A stretch of 64,000 nt of DNA from Eledone cirrhosa (GCA_964016885.1 OZ024744.1:19158001-19222000), one strand, 5' to 3'; shown: positions 13,501 through 28,600, counted from the stretch's first letter. Program-made: numbers and translations. Notes: generated by a model from the sequence alone, not told the origin.

Positions 13501-16449
13501 TCACTGTCTATGTTACTGTATCTTTGTGTATGTATGTGTCAGTGCGTATGTCACTGGGTGTTTCTGTATGTCTGTGTCACTCTGTATATCACTGTATCTT
13601 TGTGTATGTCTGTGTCACCGTGTATGCCATTGTATCTTTGTGTATGTCTATGTCACTGTGTATGTCACTGTAACTTTGTGTATGTCTGTGTCACTGTGTA
13701 TGTCACTGTGTGTTTGTGTATGTCTGTGTCAAGGTGTATGTCACTGTATGTTTGTGTATGTCTGTGTCACTGTGTATGTCACTGTGAGATTATGTATGTC
13801 TGAGGCACTGTGTATGTCACAGTGTGTTTCTGTATGTCTGTGTCACTGTGTATGTCACTGTATGTCTCTGTATGTCTGTGTCACTGTCTATGTCACTGTA
13901 TCGTTGTGTATGTCTGTGTCACTGTGTGTTTCTCAATGTATGTGTCACTGTGTATGTCACTGTGTGTTTCTGTATGTCTGTGTCTCTATGTATATCACTG
14001 TATCTTTGTGTATGTCTGTGTCTCTGTCTATGTCACTGGGTGTTTCTGTATGTCTGTGTCACTGTGTATGTCACTGTGTGTTTCTGTATATCTGTGTCTC
14101 TGTGTATGTCACTGTATCTGTGTGTATGTCTGTGTCACTGTGTATGTCACTGTATATGTGTGTATGTGTGTGTCATTGTGTATGTCACTGTGTGTTTCTG
14201 TATGTATGTGTCACTGTGTATGTAACTGTATATTGTGTATGTTTGTGTCACTGTGTATGTCACTGTCTGTTTATGTATGTCTGTGTCACTGTTTGTGTCA
14301 CTGTGTGTTTCTGTATGCCTGTGTCTCTGTGTATGTCAATGTGTCTTTGTATATGTCTGTGTCTCTATGTATGTCACTGTATCTTTGTGTATGTCTGTGT
14401 CTCTGTCTATGTCACTGGGTGTTTCTGTATGTCTGTGTCACTGTGTATGTCACTGTATGTTTCTGTATGTCTGTCTCACTGTGTATGTCAATGTGTGTTT
14501 CTGTATGTCTGTGTCACTGTGTATGTCACTGTATGTCTATGTATGTCTGTGTCACTGTCTATGTCACTGTATCGTTGTGAATGTCTGTGTCACCGTGTAT
14601 GTCACTGTGTGTTTCTCAATGTATGTGTCACTGTGTATGTCACTGTGTGTTTCTGTATATCTGTGTCTCTGTGTATGTCACTCTATCTGTGTGTATATCT
14701 GTGTCACTGTGTATGTCACTGTATATGTGTGTATGTCTGTGTCACTGTGTATGTCACTGTGTGTTTCTGTATGTCTGTGTCACTGTGTATGTCACTGTAT
14801 GTTTGTGTGTGTCTGTGTCACTGTGTATGTCACTGTGTTTTTGCGTGTGTCTGTGTCACTGTGTGTGTCACTGTGTATGTCACTGTGTGTTTCTGTATGT
14901 CTGTGTCGCTGTGTATGTCACTGTGTGTTTCTGTATGTCTGTGTCACTGTGTATGTCACTGTATGTTTTTGTATGTCTGTGTCACTGTGAATGCCACTGT
15001 ATTTTTGTGTATGTCTGTGTCACTGTGTGTGTCACTGTGTATGTCACTGTATGCTTCTGTATGTCTGTGTCACTGTGTATGTCACTGTGTGTTTCTGTAT
15101 GTCTATGTCACTGTGTATGTCACTGTATGTTTTTGTATGTCTGTGTCACTGTGTATGTCACTGTATGTTTTTGTATGTCTGTGTCACTGTGTATGTCACT
15201 GTGTGTTTATGTATGTCTGTGTCACTGTGTATGTCACTGTATCTTTGTGTATGACTGTGTCACTGTGTATGTAACTGTGTTTTGGGGTATGTCTGTGTCA
15301 CTGTGTATGTCACTGTGTGTTTGTGTTATGGCTGTGCCACTGTGTATGTCACTGTATGTTTGTGTATGTATGTGTCAGTGCGTATGTCACAGGGTGTTTC
15401 TGTATGTCTGTGTCACTGTGTATGTCACTGTATGTTTTTGTATGTCTGTGTCACTGTGTATGTCACTGTGTGTTTTGATATGTCTGTGTCACTGTGTATG
15501 TCACTGTATCTTTGTCTATGGCTGTGTCACTGTGTATGTCACTGTATGTTTGTGTATGTCTGTGTCACTGTGTATGTCACTCTGTGTTTCTCTATGTCTG
15601 TGTCACTGTGTATGTCACTGTACTTTTGTGTATGTCTGTGTCACCGTGTATGTCACTGTATATTTGTGTATGTCTGTGTCACTGTGTATGTCACTGTATC
15701 TTTGTGTATGTCTGTGTCACCGTGTATGTCACTGTATATTTGTGTATGTCTGTGGCACTATGTATGTCATTGTGTGTTTCTGTATGTCTGTGTCACTGTC
15801 TATGTCACTGTATCTTTGTGTATGTCTGTGTCACTGTGTATGTCACTGTGTTTTTGCGTGTGTCTGTGTCACTGTGTATGTCACTGTGTGTTTGTGTATG
15901 TATGTGTCACTGTGTATGTCACTGTGTGTTTCTGTATGTCTGTGTCACTGCGTATGTCACTGTGTGTTTCTGTATGTCTGTGTCACTGTGTATGTCACTG
16001 TATGTTTGTGTGTGTGTGTGTCACTGTGTATGTCACTGTGTTTTTGCGTGTGTCTGTGTCACTGTGTATGCCACTGTGTGTTTGTGTATGTATGTGTCAC
16101 TGTGTATGTCACTGTCTGTTTCTGTATGTCTGCGTCGCTGTGTATGTCACTGTGTGTTTCTGTATGTCTGTGTCACTGTGTATGTCACTGTATGTTTTTG
16201 TATGTCTGTGTCACTGTGAATTCCACTGTATTTTTGTGTATGTCTGTGTCACTGTGTGTGTCAATGTGTATGTCACTATGCTTCTGTATGTCTGTGTCAC
16301 TGTGTATGTCACTGTGTGTTTCTGTATGTCTGTGTCACTGTGTATGTCACTGTATGTTTTTGTATGTCTGTGTCACTGTGTATGTCACTGTGTGTTTATG
16401 TATGTCTGTGTCACTGTGTATGTCACTGTATCTTTGTGTATGGATGTGT

Positions 16450-19400
16450 CACTGTGTATGTCACTGTGTGTTTCTCAATGTATGTGTCACTGTGTATGTC
16501 ACTGTGTGTTTCTGTATATCTGTGTCTCTGTGTATGTCACTGTATCTGTGTGTATGTCTGTGTCACTGTGTATGTCACTGTATATGTGTGTATGTCTGTG
16601 TCACTGTGTATGTCACTGTGTGTTTCTGTATGTGTGTGTCACTGTGTATGTCACTGTATGTTTGTGTGTGTCTGTGTCACTGTGTATGTCACTGTGTTTT
16701 TGCGTGTGTCTGTGTCACTGTGTATGTCACTGTGTGTTTGTGTATGTATGTGTCACTGTGTATGTCACTGTGTGTTTCTGTATGTCTGTGTCGCTGTGTA
16801 TGTCACTGTGTGTTTCTGTATGTCTGTGTCACTGTGTATGTCACTGTATGTTTTTGTATGTCTGTGTCACTGTGTATGTCACTGTATCTTTGTGTATGGC
16901 TGTGTCACTGTGTATGTCACTGTGTTTTTGGGTATGTCTGTGTCACTGTGTATGTCACTGTGTATTTGTGTATGGCTGTGCCACTGTGTATGTCACTGTA
17001 TGTTTTTGTATGTATGTGTCAGTGCGTATGTCACTGGGTGTTTCTGTATGTCTGTGTCACTGTGTATGTCACTGTATGTTTTTGTATGTCTGTGTCACTG
17101 TGTATGTCACTCTGTGTTTCTCTATGTCTGTGTCACTGTGTATGTCACTGTATATTTGTGTATGTCTGTGTCACTGTGTATGTCACTGTATATTTGTGTA
17201 TGTCTGTGTCACCGTGTATGTCACTGTATATTTGTGTATGTCTGTGTCACTGTCTATGTCACTGTATCTTTGTGTATGTATGTGTCAGTGCGTATGTCAC
17301 TGGGTGTTTCTGTATGTCTGTGTCACTCTGTATATCACTGTATCTTTGTGTATGTCTGTGTCACCGTGTATGCCATTGTATCTTTGTGTATGTCTATGTC
17401 ACTGTATCTTTGTGTATGTCTGTGTCACTGTGTATGTCATTGTGTGTTTGTGTATGTCTGTGTCAAGGTGTATGTCACTGTATGTTTGTGTATGTCTGTG
17501 TCACTGTGTATGTCACTGTGAGATTATGTATGTCTGAGGCACTGTGTATGTCACAGTGTGTTTCTGTATGTCTGTGTCACTGTGTATGTCACTGTATGTC
17601 TCTGTATGTCTGTGTCACTGTCTATGTCACTGTATCGTTGTGTATGTCTGTGTCACTGTGTATGTCACTGTGTGTTTCTCAATGTATGTGTCACTGTGTA
17701 TGTCACTGTGTGTTTCTGTATGTCTGTGTCTCTATGTATGTCACTGTATCTTTGTGTATGTCTGTGTCTCTGTGTATGTCACTGGATGTTTCTGTATGTC
17801 TGTGTCACTGTGTATGTCACTGTGTGTTTCTGTATATCTGTGTCTCTGTGTATGTCACTGTATCTCTGTGTATGTCTGTGTCACTGTGTATGTCACTGTA
17901 TATGTGTGTATGTGTGTGTCATTGTGTATGTCACTGTGTGTTTCTGTATGTATGTGTCACTGTGTATGTAACTGTATATTGTGTATGTTTGTGTCACTGT
18001 GTATGTCACTGTCTGTTTATGTATGTCTGTGTCACTGTTTGTGTCACTGTGTGTTTTTGTATGCCTGTGTCTCTGTGTATGTCAATGTGTCTTTGTATAT
18101 GTCTGTGTCACGGCGTATGTCACTGTATGTTTGTGTATGTCTGTGTCACTGTGTATATCACTGTATGTTTGTGTATGCCTGTGTCACTGTGTATGTCACC
18201 CTATGTTTGTCTATGTCTGTGTCACTGTGTATGTCACTGTATGTTTCTGTATGTCTGTGCCACTGTGTATGTCACTGTATGTTTCTGTATGTCGGTGTCA
18301 CTGTGTATGTCACTGTATGTTTCTCTATGTCTGTGTCACTATGTATGTAACTGTATGTTTGTGTATGTCTGTGTCACTGTGTATGTCACTGTATGTTTGT
18401 GTATGTCTGTGTCACTGTCTATGTCACTGTGTGTTTCTTTATGTCTGTGTCATTGTGTATGTCACTGTATGTTTCTGTATGTCTGTGTCACTGTGTATAT
18501 CACTGTGCATATCACTGTGTATATCACTGTGTGTTCCTGTATGTCTGTGTCACTGTGTATGTCACTGTATCTTTGTGTATGTATGTGTCACCGTGGATGT
18601 CACTGTATCTCTGTGTATGTCTGTGTCACTGTCAATGTCACTGTATCTATGTGTATGTCTGTGTCACTGTGTATGTCACTGTGTGTTTGTCTATGCATGT
18701 GTCACTGGGTGTTTCTGTGTGTCTGTGTCACTCTGTATGTCACTGTATCTTTGTGTATGTCTGTGTCACCGTGTATGTCACTGTATCTTTGTGTATGTAT
18801 GTGTCACTGTGTATGTCACTTTGTGTTTCTGTATGTCTGTGTCACGGTGTATGTCACTGTATGTTTGTGTATGTCTGTGTCACTGTGTATGTCATTGTGA
18901 GTTTCTGTATGTATGTGTCACTGTGTATGTCACTGTGTGTTTCTGTATGTCTGTGTCACTGTGTATGTCACTGTATCTTTGTGTATGTCTGTGTCACTGT
19001 GTATGTCACTGTGTGTTTCTCTATGTCTGTGTCACTGTGTATGTCATTGTGTGTTTCTGTATGCCTGTGTCTGTGTATGTCACTGTATCTTTGTGTATGT
19101 CTGTGTCACGGTGTATGTCACTGTATGTTTGTGTATGCCTGTGTCACTCTTATATCAATGAATGTTTCTGTATGTCTATGTCTCTGTGTATGTCACTGTA
19201 TCTTTGTGTATGTATGTGGCACTCTGTATGTCATTGTGTGTTTCTGTATGTCTGTGTCACTGTCTATGTCACTGTATCTTTGTGTATGTCTGTGTCACTG
19301 TGTATGTCACTGTGTGTTTGTGTATGCCTGTGTCACTGTGTATGTCACTGTGTGTTTCTGTATGTCTGTGTCACTGTGTATGTCACTGGGTGTTTCTCTA

Positions 19401-22400
19401 TGTCTGTGTCACTTTGTATGTCACTGTATCTTTGTGTATGTATGTGTCACTGTGTATGTCCCTGTATCTTTGTGTATGTCTGTGTCACCGTGTATGTCAC
19501 TGTATCTTTGTGTATGTATGTGTCACTGTGTAAGTCATTGTATCTTTGTGTATGTCTGTGGCACTCTGTATGTCACTGTGTGTTTCTATATGTCTGTGTC
19601 ACTGTCTATGTCACTGTATCTTTGTGTATGTATGTGTCACTGTGTATGTCACTGTGTGTTTCTGTATGTCTGTGTCTCTGTGTATGTCACTGTATCTCTG
19701 TGTATGTCTGTGTCACTGTGTATGTCACTGTGTGTTTGTGTATGCCTGTGTGACTGTGTATTTCACTGTTTGTTTCTTTATGTATGTGTCACTGTGTATG
19801 TCACTGTGTGTTTCTGTATGTCTGTGTCACTGTGTATGTCACTGTATCTTTGTGTATGTCTGTGTCACTGTGTATGTCACTGTGTGTTTCTGTATGTCTG
19901 TGTCACTGTGTATGTCATTGTGTGTTTCTGTATGCCTGTGTCTGTGTATGTCACTGTATCTTTGTGTATGTCTGTGTCACCGTGTATGTCACTGTATATT
20001 TGTGTATGTCTATGGCACTATGTATGTCATTGTGTGTTTCTGTATGTCTGTGTCACTGTCTATGTCACTGTGTGTTTCTGTATGTCTGTGTCAAGGTGTA
20101 TGTCACTGTATCTTTGTGTATGTATGTGTCACTGCGTATGTCACTGGGTGTTTCTGTATGTCTGTGTCACTGTATATCACTGTATCGTTGTGTATGTCTG
20201 TGTCACCGTGTATGCCATTGTATCTTTGTGTATGTCTATGTCACTGTGTATGTCACTGTATCTTTGTGTATGTCTGTGTCACTGTGTACGTCACTGTGTG
20301 TTTCTGTATGTCTGTGTCAAGGTGTATGTCACTGTATGTTTGTGTATGTCTGTGTCACTGTGTATGTCACTGTGTGTTTCTCAATGTATGTGTCACTGTG
20401 TATGTCACTGTGTGTTTCTGTATATCTGTGTCTCTGTGTATGTCACTGTATCTGTGTGTATGTCTGTGTCACTGTGTATGTCACTGTATATGTGTGTATG
20501 TCTGTGTCACTGTGTATGTCACTGTATGTTTGTGTGTGTCTGTGTTACTGTGTATGTCACTGTGTTTTTGCGTGTGTCTGTGTCACTGTGTATGTCACTG
20601 TGTGTTTGTGTATGTATGTGTCACTGTGTATGTCACTGTGTGTTTCTGTATGTCTGTGTCGCTGTGTATGTCACTGTGTGTTTCTGTATGTCTGTGTCAC
20701 TGTGTATGTCACTGTATGTTTTTGTATGTCTGTGTCACTGTGAATGCCACTGTATTTTTGTGTATGTCTGTGTCACTGTGTGTGTCACTGTGTATGTCAC
20801 TGTATGCTTCTGTATGTATGTGTCACTGTGTATGTCACTGTGTGTTTCTGTATGTCTGTGTCACTGTGTATGTCACTGTATGTTTTTGTATGTCTGTGTC
20901 ACTGTGTATGTCACTGTATGTTTTTGTATGTCTGTGTCACTGTGTATGTCACTGTGTGTTTATGTATGTCTGTGTCACTGTGTATGTCACTGTATCTTTG
21001 TGTATGGCTGTGTCACTGTGTATGTCACTGTGTTTTTGGGTATGTCTGTGTCACTGTGTATGTCACTGTGTATTTGTGTATGGCTGTGCCACTGTGTATG
21101 TCACTGTATGTTTTTGTATGTATGTGTCAGTGCGTATGTCACTGGGTGTTTCTGTATGTCTGTGTCACTGTGTATGTCACTGTATGTTTTTGTATGTCTG
21201 TGTCACTGTGTATGTCACTCTGTGTTTCTCTATGTCTGTGTCACTGTGTATGTCACTGTATATTTGTGTATGTCTGTGTCACTGTGTATGTCACTGTATA
21301 TTTGTGTATGTCTGTGTCACAGTGTATGTCACTGTATATTTGTGTATGTCTAGGCACTATGTATGTCACTGGGTGTTTCTGTATGTCCGTGTCACTCTGT
21401 ATATCACTGTATCGTTGTGTATGTCTGTGTCACCGTGTATGCCATTGTATCTTTGTGTATGTCTATGTCACTGTGTATGTCACTGTATCTTTGTGTATGT
21501 CTGTGTCACTGTGTATGTCACTGTGTGTTTGTGTATGTCTGTGTCAAGGTGTATGTCACTGTATGTTTGTGTATGTCTGTGTCCTTGTGTATGTCACTGT
21601 GAGATTATGTATGTCTGAGGCACTGTGTATGTCACAGTGTGTTTCTGTATGTCTGTGTCACTGTGTATGTCACTGTATGTCTCTGTATGTCTGTGTCACT
21701 GTCTATGTCACTGTATCGATGTGTATGTCTGTGTCACTGTGTATGTCACTGTGTGTTTCTCAATGTATGTGTCACTGTGTATGTCACTGTGTGTTTCTGT
21801 ATGTGTGTGTCTCTATGTATGTCACTGTATCTTTGTGTATGTCTGTGTCTCTGTGTATGTCACTGGGTGTTTCTGTATGTCTGTGTCACTGTGTATGTCA
21901 CTGTGTGTTTCTGTATATCTGTGTCTCTGTGTATGTCACTGTATCTGTGTGTATGTCTGTGTCACTGTGTATGTCACTGTATATGTGTGTATGTGTGTGT
22001 CATTGTGTATGTCACTGTGTGTTTCTGTATGTATGTGTCACTGTGTATGTAACTGTATATTGTGTATGTTTGTGTCACTGTGTATGTCACTGTCTGTTTA
22101 TGTATGTCTGTGTCACTGTGTGTTTCTGTATGCCTGTGTCTCTGTGTATGTCAATGTGTCTTTTTATATGTCTGTGTCACGGCGTATGTCTGTGTCACTG
22201 TGTATATCACTGTATGTTTGTGTATGCCTGTGTCACTGTGTATGTCACCCTATGTTTGTCTATGTCTGTGTCACTGTGTATGTCACTGTATGTTTCTCTA
22301 TGTCTGTGTCACTATGTATGTAACTGTATGTTTGTGTATGTCACTGTATGTTTGTGTATGTCTGTGTCACGGTCTATGTCACTGTGTGTTTCTGTATGTC

Positions 22401-25400
22401 TGTGTCATTGTGTATGTCACTGTATGTTTCTGTATGTCTGTGTCACTGTGTATATCACTGTGTATATCACTGTGTGTTCCTGTATGTCTGTGTCACTGTG
22501 TATGTCACTGTATCTTTGTGTATGTATGTGTCACCGTGGATGTCACTGTATCTCTGTGTATGTCAATGTCACTGTATCTTTGTGTATGTCTGTGTCACTG
22601 TGTATGTCACTGTGTGTTTGTGTATGCATGTGTCACTGTGTATGTCACTGGGTGTTTCTGTGTATGTCTGTGTCACCGTGTATGTCACTGTATCTTTGTG
22701 TATGTATGTGTCACTGTGTATGTCACTTTGTGTTTCTGTATGTCTGTGTCACGGTGTATGTCACTGTATGTTTGTGTATGTCTGTGTCACTGTGTATGTC
22801 ATTGTGAGTTTCTGTATGTATGTGTCACTGTGTATGTCACTGTGTGTTTCTGTATGTCTGTGTCACTGTGTATGTCACTGTATCTTTGTGTATGTCTGTG
22901 TTACTGTGTATGTCACTGTGTGTTTCTGTATGTCTGTGTCACTGTGTATGTCAATGTGTGTTTCTGTATGCCTGTGTCTGTGTATGTCACTGTATCTTTG
23001 TGTATGTCTGTGTCACGGTGTATGTCACTGTATGTTTGTGTATGCCTGTGTCACTCTTATATCAATGAATGTTTCTGTATGTCTATGTCTCTGTGTATGT
23101 CACTGTATCTTTGTGTATGTCTGTGGCACTATGTATGTCATTGTGTGTTTCTGTATGTCTGTGTCACTGTCTATGTCACTGTATCTTTGTGTATGTCTGT
23201 GTCACTGTGTATGTCACTGTGTGTTTGTGTATGCCTGTGTCACTGTGTATGTCACTGTGTGTTTCTGTATGTCTGTGTCACTGTGTATGTCACTGGGTGT
23301 TTCTCAATGTCTGTGTCACTTTGTATGTCACTGTATCTTTGTGTATGTATGTGTCACTGTGTATGTCCCTGTATCTTTGTGTATGTCTGTGTCACCGTGT
23401 ATGTCACTGTATCTGTGTATGTATGTGTCACTGTGTAAGTCATTGTATCTTTGTGTATGTCTGTGGCACTCTGTATGTCACTGTGTGTTTCTATATGTCT
23501 GTGTCACTGTCTATGTCACTGTATCTTTGTGTATGTATGTGTCACTGTGTATGTCACTGTGTGTTTCTGTATGTCTGTGTCTCTGTGTATGTCACTGTAT
23601 CTCTGTGTATGTCTGTGTCACTGTGTATGTCACTCTGTGTTTGTGTATGCCTGTGTGACTGTGTATTTCACTGTTTGTTTCTTTATGTATGTGTCACTGT
23701 GTATGTCACTGTGTGTTTCTGTATGTCTGTGTCACTGTGTATGTCACTGTATCTTTGTGTATGTCTGTGTCACTGTGTATGTCACTGTGTGTTTCTGTAT
23801 GTCTGTGTCACTGTGTATGTCATTGTGTGTTTCTGTATGCCTGTGTCTGTGTATGTCACTGTATCTTTGTGTATGTCTGTGTCACGGTGTATGTCACTGT
23901 ATGTTTGTGTATGCCTGTGTCACTCTTATATCAATGAATGTTTCTGTATGTCTATGTCTCTGTGTATGTCACTGTATCTTTGTGTATGTCTGTGGCACTC
24001 TGTATGTCACTGTGTGTTTCTGTATATCTGTGTCTCTGTGTATGTCACTGTATCTGTGTGTATGTCTGTGTCACTGTGTATTTCACTGTATATGTGTGTA
24101 TGTCTGTGTCACTGTGTATGTCACTGTGTGTTTATGTATGTCTGTGTCACTGTGTATGTCACTGTATGTTTGTGTGTGTCTGTGTTACTGTGTATGTCAC
24201 TGTGTTTTTGCGTGTGTCTGTGTCACTGTGTATGTCACTGTGTGTTTGTGTATGTATGTGTCACTGTGTATGTCACTGTGTGTTTCTGTATGTCTGTGTC
24301 GCTGTGTATGTCACTGTGTGTTTCTGTATGTCTGTGTCACTGTGTATGTCACTGTATTTTTTTGTATGTCTGTGTCACTGTGAATGCCACTGTATTTTTG
24401 TGTATGTCTGTGTCACTGTGTGTGTCACTGTGTATGTCACTGTATGCTTCTGTATGTCTGTGTCACTGTGTATGTCACTGTGTGTTTCTGTATGTCTGTG
24501 TCACTGTGTATGTCACTGTATGTTTTTGTATGTCTGTGTCACTGTGTATGTCACTGTATGTTTTTGTATGTCTGTGTCACTGTGTATGTCACTGTGTGTT
24601 TATGTATGTCTGTGTCACTGTGTATGTCACTGTATCTTTGTGTATGGCTGTGTCACTGTGTATGTCACTGTGTTTTTGGGTATGTCTGTGTCACTGTGTA
24701 TGTCACTGTGTATTTGTGTATGGCTGTGCCACTGTGTATGTCACTGTATGTTTTTGTATGTATGTGTCAGTGCGTATGTCACTGGGTGTTTCTGTATGTC
24801 TGTGTCACTGTGTATGTCACTGTATGTTTTTGTATGTCTGTGTCACTGTGTATGTCACTCTGTGTTTCTCTATGTCTGTGTCACTGTGTATGTCACTGTA
24901 TATTTGTGTATGTCTGTGTCACTGTGTATGTCACTGTATATTTGTGTATGTCTGTGTCACCGTGTATGTCACTGTATATTTGTGTATGTCTAGGCACTAT
25001 GTATGTCATTGTGTGTTTCTGTATGTATGTGTCACTGTCTATGTCACTGTATCTTTGTGTATGTATGTGTCAGTGCGTATGTCACTGGGTGTTTCTGTAT
25101 GTCTGTGTCACTCTGTATATCACTGTATCTTTGTGTATGTCTGTGTCACCGTGTATGCCATTGTATCTTTGTGTATGTCTATGTCACTGTGTATGTCACT
25201 GTATCTTTGTGTATGTCTGTGTCACTGTGTATGTCACTGTGTGTTTGTGTATGTCTGTGTCAAGGTGTATGTCACTGTATGTTTGTGTATGTCTGTGTCA
25301 CTGTGTATGTCACTGTGAGATTATGTATGTCTGAGGCACTGTGTATGTCACAGTGTGTTTCTGTATGTCTGTGTCACTGTGTATGTCACTGTATGTCTCT

Positions 25401-28400
25401 GTATGTCTGTGTCACTGTCTATGTCACTGTATCGTTGTGTATGTCTGTGTCACTGTGTATGTCACTGTGTGTTTCTCAATGTATGTGTCACTGTGTATGT
25501 CACTGTGTGTTTCTGTATGTGTGTGTCTCTATGTATGTCACTGTATCTTTGTGTATGTCTGTGTCTCTGTGTATGTCACTGGGTGTTTCTGTATGTCTGT
25601 GTCACTGTGTATGTCACTGTGTGTTTCTGTATATCTGTGTCTCTGTGTATGTCACTGTATCTGTGTGTATGTCTGTGTCACTGTGTATGTCACTGTATAT
25701 GTGTGTATGTGTGTGTCATTGTGTATGTCACTGTGTGTTTCTGTATGTATGTGTCACTGTGTATGTAACTGTATATTGTGTATGTTTGTGTCACTGTGTA
25801 TGTCACTGTCTGTTTATGTATGTCTGTGTCACTGTTTGTGTCACTGTGTGTTTCTGTATGCCTGTGTCTCTGTGTATGTCAATGTGTCTTTGTATATGTC
25901 TGTGTCACGGCGTATGTCACTGTATGTTTGTGTATGTCTGTGTCACTGTGTATATCACTGTATGTTTGTGTATGCCTGTGTCACTGTGTATGTCACCCTA
26001 TGTTTGTCTATGTCTGTGTCACTGTGTATGTCACTGTATGTTTTTGTATGTCTGTGTCACTGTGTATGTCAATGTGTGTTTCTGTATCTCTGTGTCACGG
26101 CGTATGTCACTGTATGTTTGTGTATGTCTGTGTCACTGTGTATGTCACTGTATTTTTCTCTATGTCTGTGTCACTGTGTATGTCACTGTATGTTTCTGTA
26201 TGTCTGTGCCACTGTGTATGTCACTGTATGTTTCTGTATGTCGGTGTCACTGTGTATGTCACTGTATGTTTCTCTATGTCTGTGTCACTATGTATGTAAC
26301 TGTATGTTTGTGTATGTCACTGTATGTTTGTGTATGTCTGTGTCACGGTCTATGTCACTATGTGTTTCTGTATGTCTGTGTCATTGTGTATGTCACTGTA
26401 TGTTTCTGTATGTCTGTGTCACTGTGTATATCACTGTGTATATCACTGTGTGTTCCTGTATGTCTGTGTCACTGTGTATGTCACTGTATCTTTGTGTATG
26501 TATGTGTCACCGTGGATGTCACTGTATCTCTGTGTATGTCTGTGTCACTGTCAATGTCACTGTATCTTTGTGTATGTCTGTGTCACTGTGTATGTCACTG
26601 TGTGTTTGTGTATGCATGTGTCACTGTGTATGTCACTGGGTGTTTCTGTGTGTCTGTGTCACTCTGTATGTCACTGTATCTTTGTGTATGTCTGTGTCAC
26701 CGTGTATGTCACTGTATCTTTGTGTATGTATGTGTCACTGTGTATGTCACTTTGTGTTTCTGTATGTCTGTGTCACGGTGTATGTCACTGTATGTTTGTG
26801 TATGTCTGTGTCACTGTGTATGTCATTGTGAGTTTCTGTATGTATGTGTCACTGTGTATGTCACTGTGTGTTTCTGTATGTCTGTGTCACTGTGTATGTC
26901 ACTGTATCTTTGTGTATGTCTGTGTCACTGTGTATGTCACTGTGTGTTTCTGTATGTCTGTGTCACTGTGTATGTCAATGTGTGTTTCTGTATGCCTGTG
27001 TCTGTGTATGTCACTGTATCTTTGTGTATGTCTGTGTCACGGTGTATGTCACTGTATGTTTGTGTATGCCTGTGTCACTCTTATATCAATGAATGTTTCT
27101 GTATGTCTATGTCTCTGTGTATGTCACTGTATCTTTGTGTATGTCTGTGGCACTCTGTATGTCATTGTGTGTTTCTGTATGTCTGTGTCACTGTCTATGT
27201 CACTGTATCTTTGTGTATGTCTGTGTCACTGTGTATGTCACTGTGTGTTTGTGTATGCCTGTGTCACTGTGTATGTCACTGTGTGTTTCTATATGTCTGT
27301 GTCACTGTGTATGTCACTGGGTGTTTCTCAATGTCTGTGTCACTTTGTATGTCACTGTATCTTTGTGTATGTATGTGTCACTGTGTATGTCCCTGTATCT
27401 TTGTGTATGTCTGTGTCACCGTGTATGTCACTGTATCTGTGTATGTATGTGTCACTGTGTAAGTCATTGTATCTTTGTGTATGTCTGTGGCACTCTGTAT
27501 GTCACTGTGTGTTTCTATATGTCTGTGTCACTGTCTATGTCACTGTATCTTTGTGTATGTATGTGTCACTGTGTATGTCACTGTGTGTTTCTGTATGTCT
27601 GTGTCTCTGTGTATGTCACTGTATCTCTGTGTATGTCTGTGTCACTGTGTATGTCACTCTGTGTTTGTGTATGCCTGTGTGACTGTGTATTTCACTGTTT
27701 GTTTCTTTATGTATGTGTCACTGTGTATGTCACTGTGTGTTTCTGTATGTCTGTGTCACTGTGTATGTCACTGTATCTTTGTGTATGTCTGTGTCACTGT
27801 GTATGTCACTGTGTGTTTCTGTATGTCTGTGTCACTGTGTATGTCATTGTGTGTTTCTGTATGCCTGTGTCTGTGTATGTCACTGTATCTTTGTGTATGT
27901 CTGTGTCACGGTGTATGTCACTGTATGTTTGTGTATGCCTGTGTCACTCTTATATCAATGAATGTTTCTGTATGTCTATGTCTCTGTGTATGTCACTGTA
28001 TCTTTGTGTATGCCTGTGGCACTCTGTATGTCATTGTGTGTTTCTGTATGTCTGTGTCACTGTCTATGTCACTGTATATTTGTGTATGTCTGTGTCACTG
28101 TGTATGTCACTGTGTGTTTGTGTATGCATGTGTCACTGTGTATGTTACTGTGTGTTTCTGTATGTCTGTGTCACTGTGTATGTCACTGGGTGTTTCTCTA
28201 TGTCTGTGTCACTTTGTATGTCACTGTATCTTTGTGTATGTATGTGTCACTGTGTATGTCCCTGTATCTTTGTGTATGTCTGTGTCACCGTGTATGTCAC
28301 TGTATATTTGTGTATGTATGTGTCACTGTGTAAGTCATTGTATCTTTGTGTATGTCTGTGGCACTCTGTATGTCACTGTGTGTTTCTATATGTCTGTGTC

Positions 28401-28600
28401 ACTGTCTATGTCACTGTATCTCTGTGTATGTATGTGTCACTGTGTATGTCACTGTGTGTTTCTGTATGTCTGTGTCTGTGTATGTCACTGTATCTCTGTG
28501 TATGTCTGTGTCACTGTGTATGTCACTGTGTGTTTGTGTATGCCTGTGTGACTGTGTATTTCACTGTTTGTTTCTTTATGTCTGTGTCACTGTGTATGTC
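16450..28600 (+). repeat. Further edited copies of the approximately 4 kb higher-order repeat (marker spacings 4081 and 3716 bp)
   Basis: The GAGATTA marker (ORF stops at 17537, 21618, 25334) is followed each time by the same ordered variant series (TATCGTTG or TATCGATG, TTTCTCAATG, GTAACTGTATATTG, CACGGCG, CACCCTATG, CCGTGGATG, GTGAGTTTC, CTTATATCAATG). Boundaries are approximate. Confidence 0.85.
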
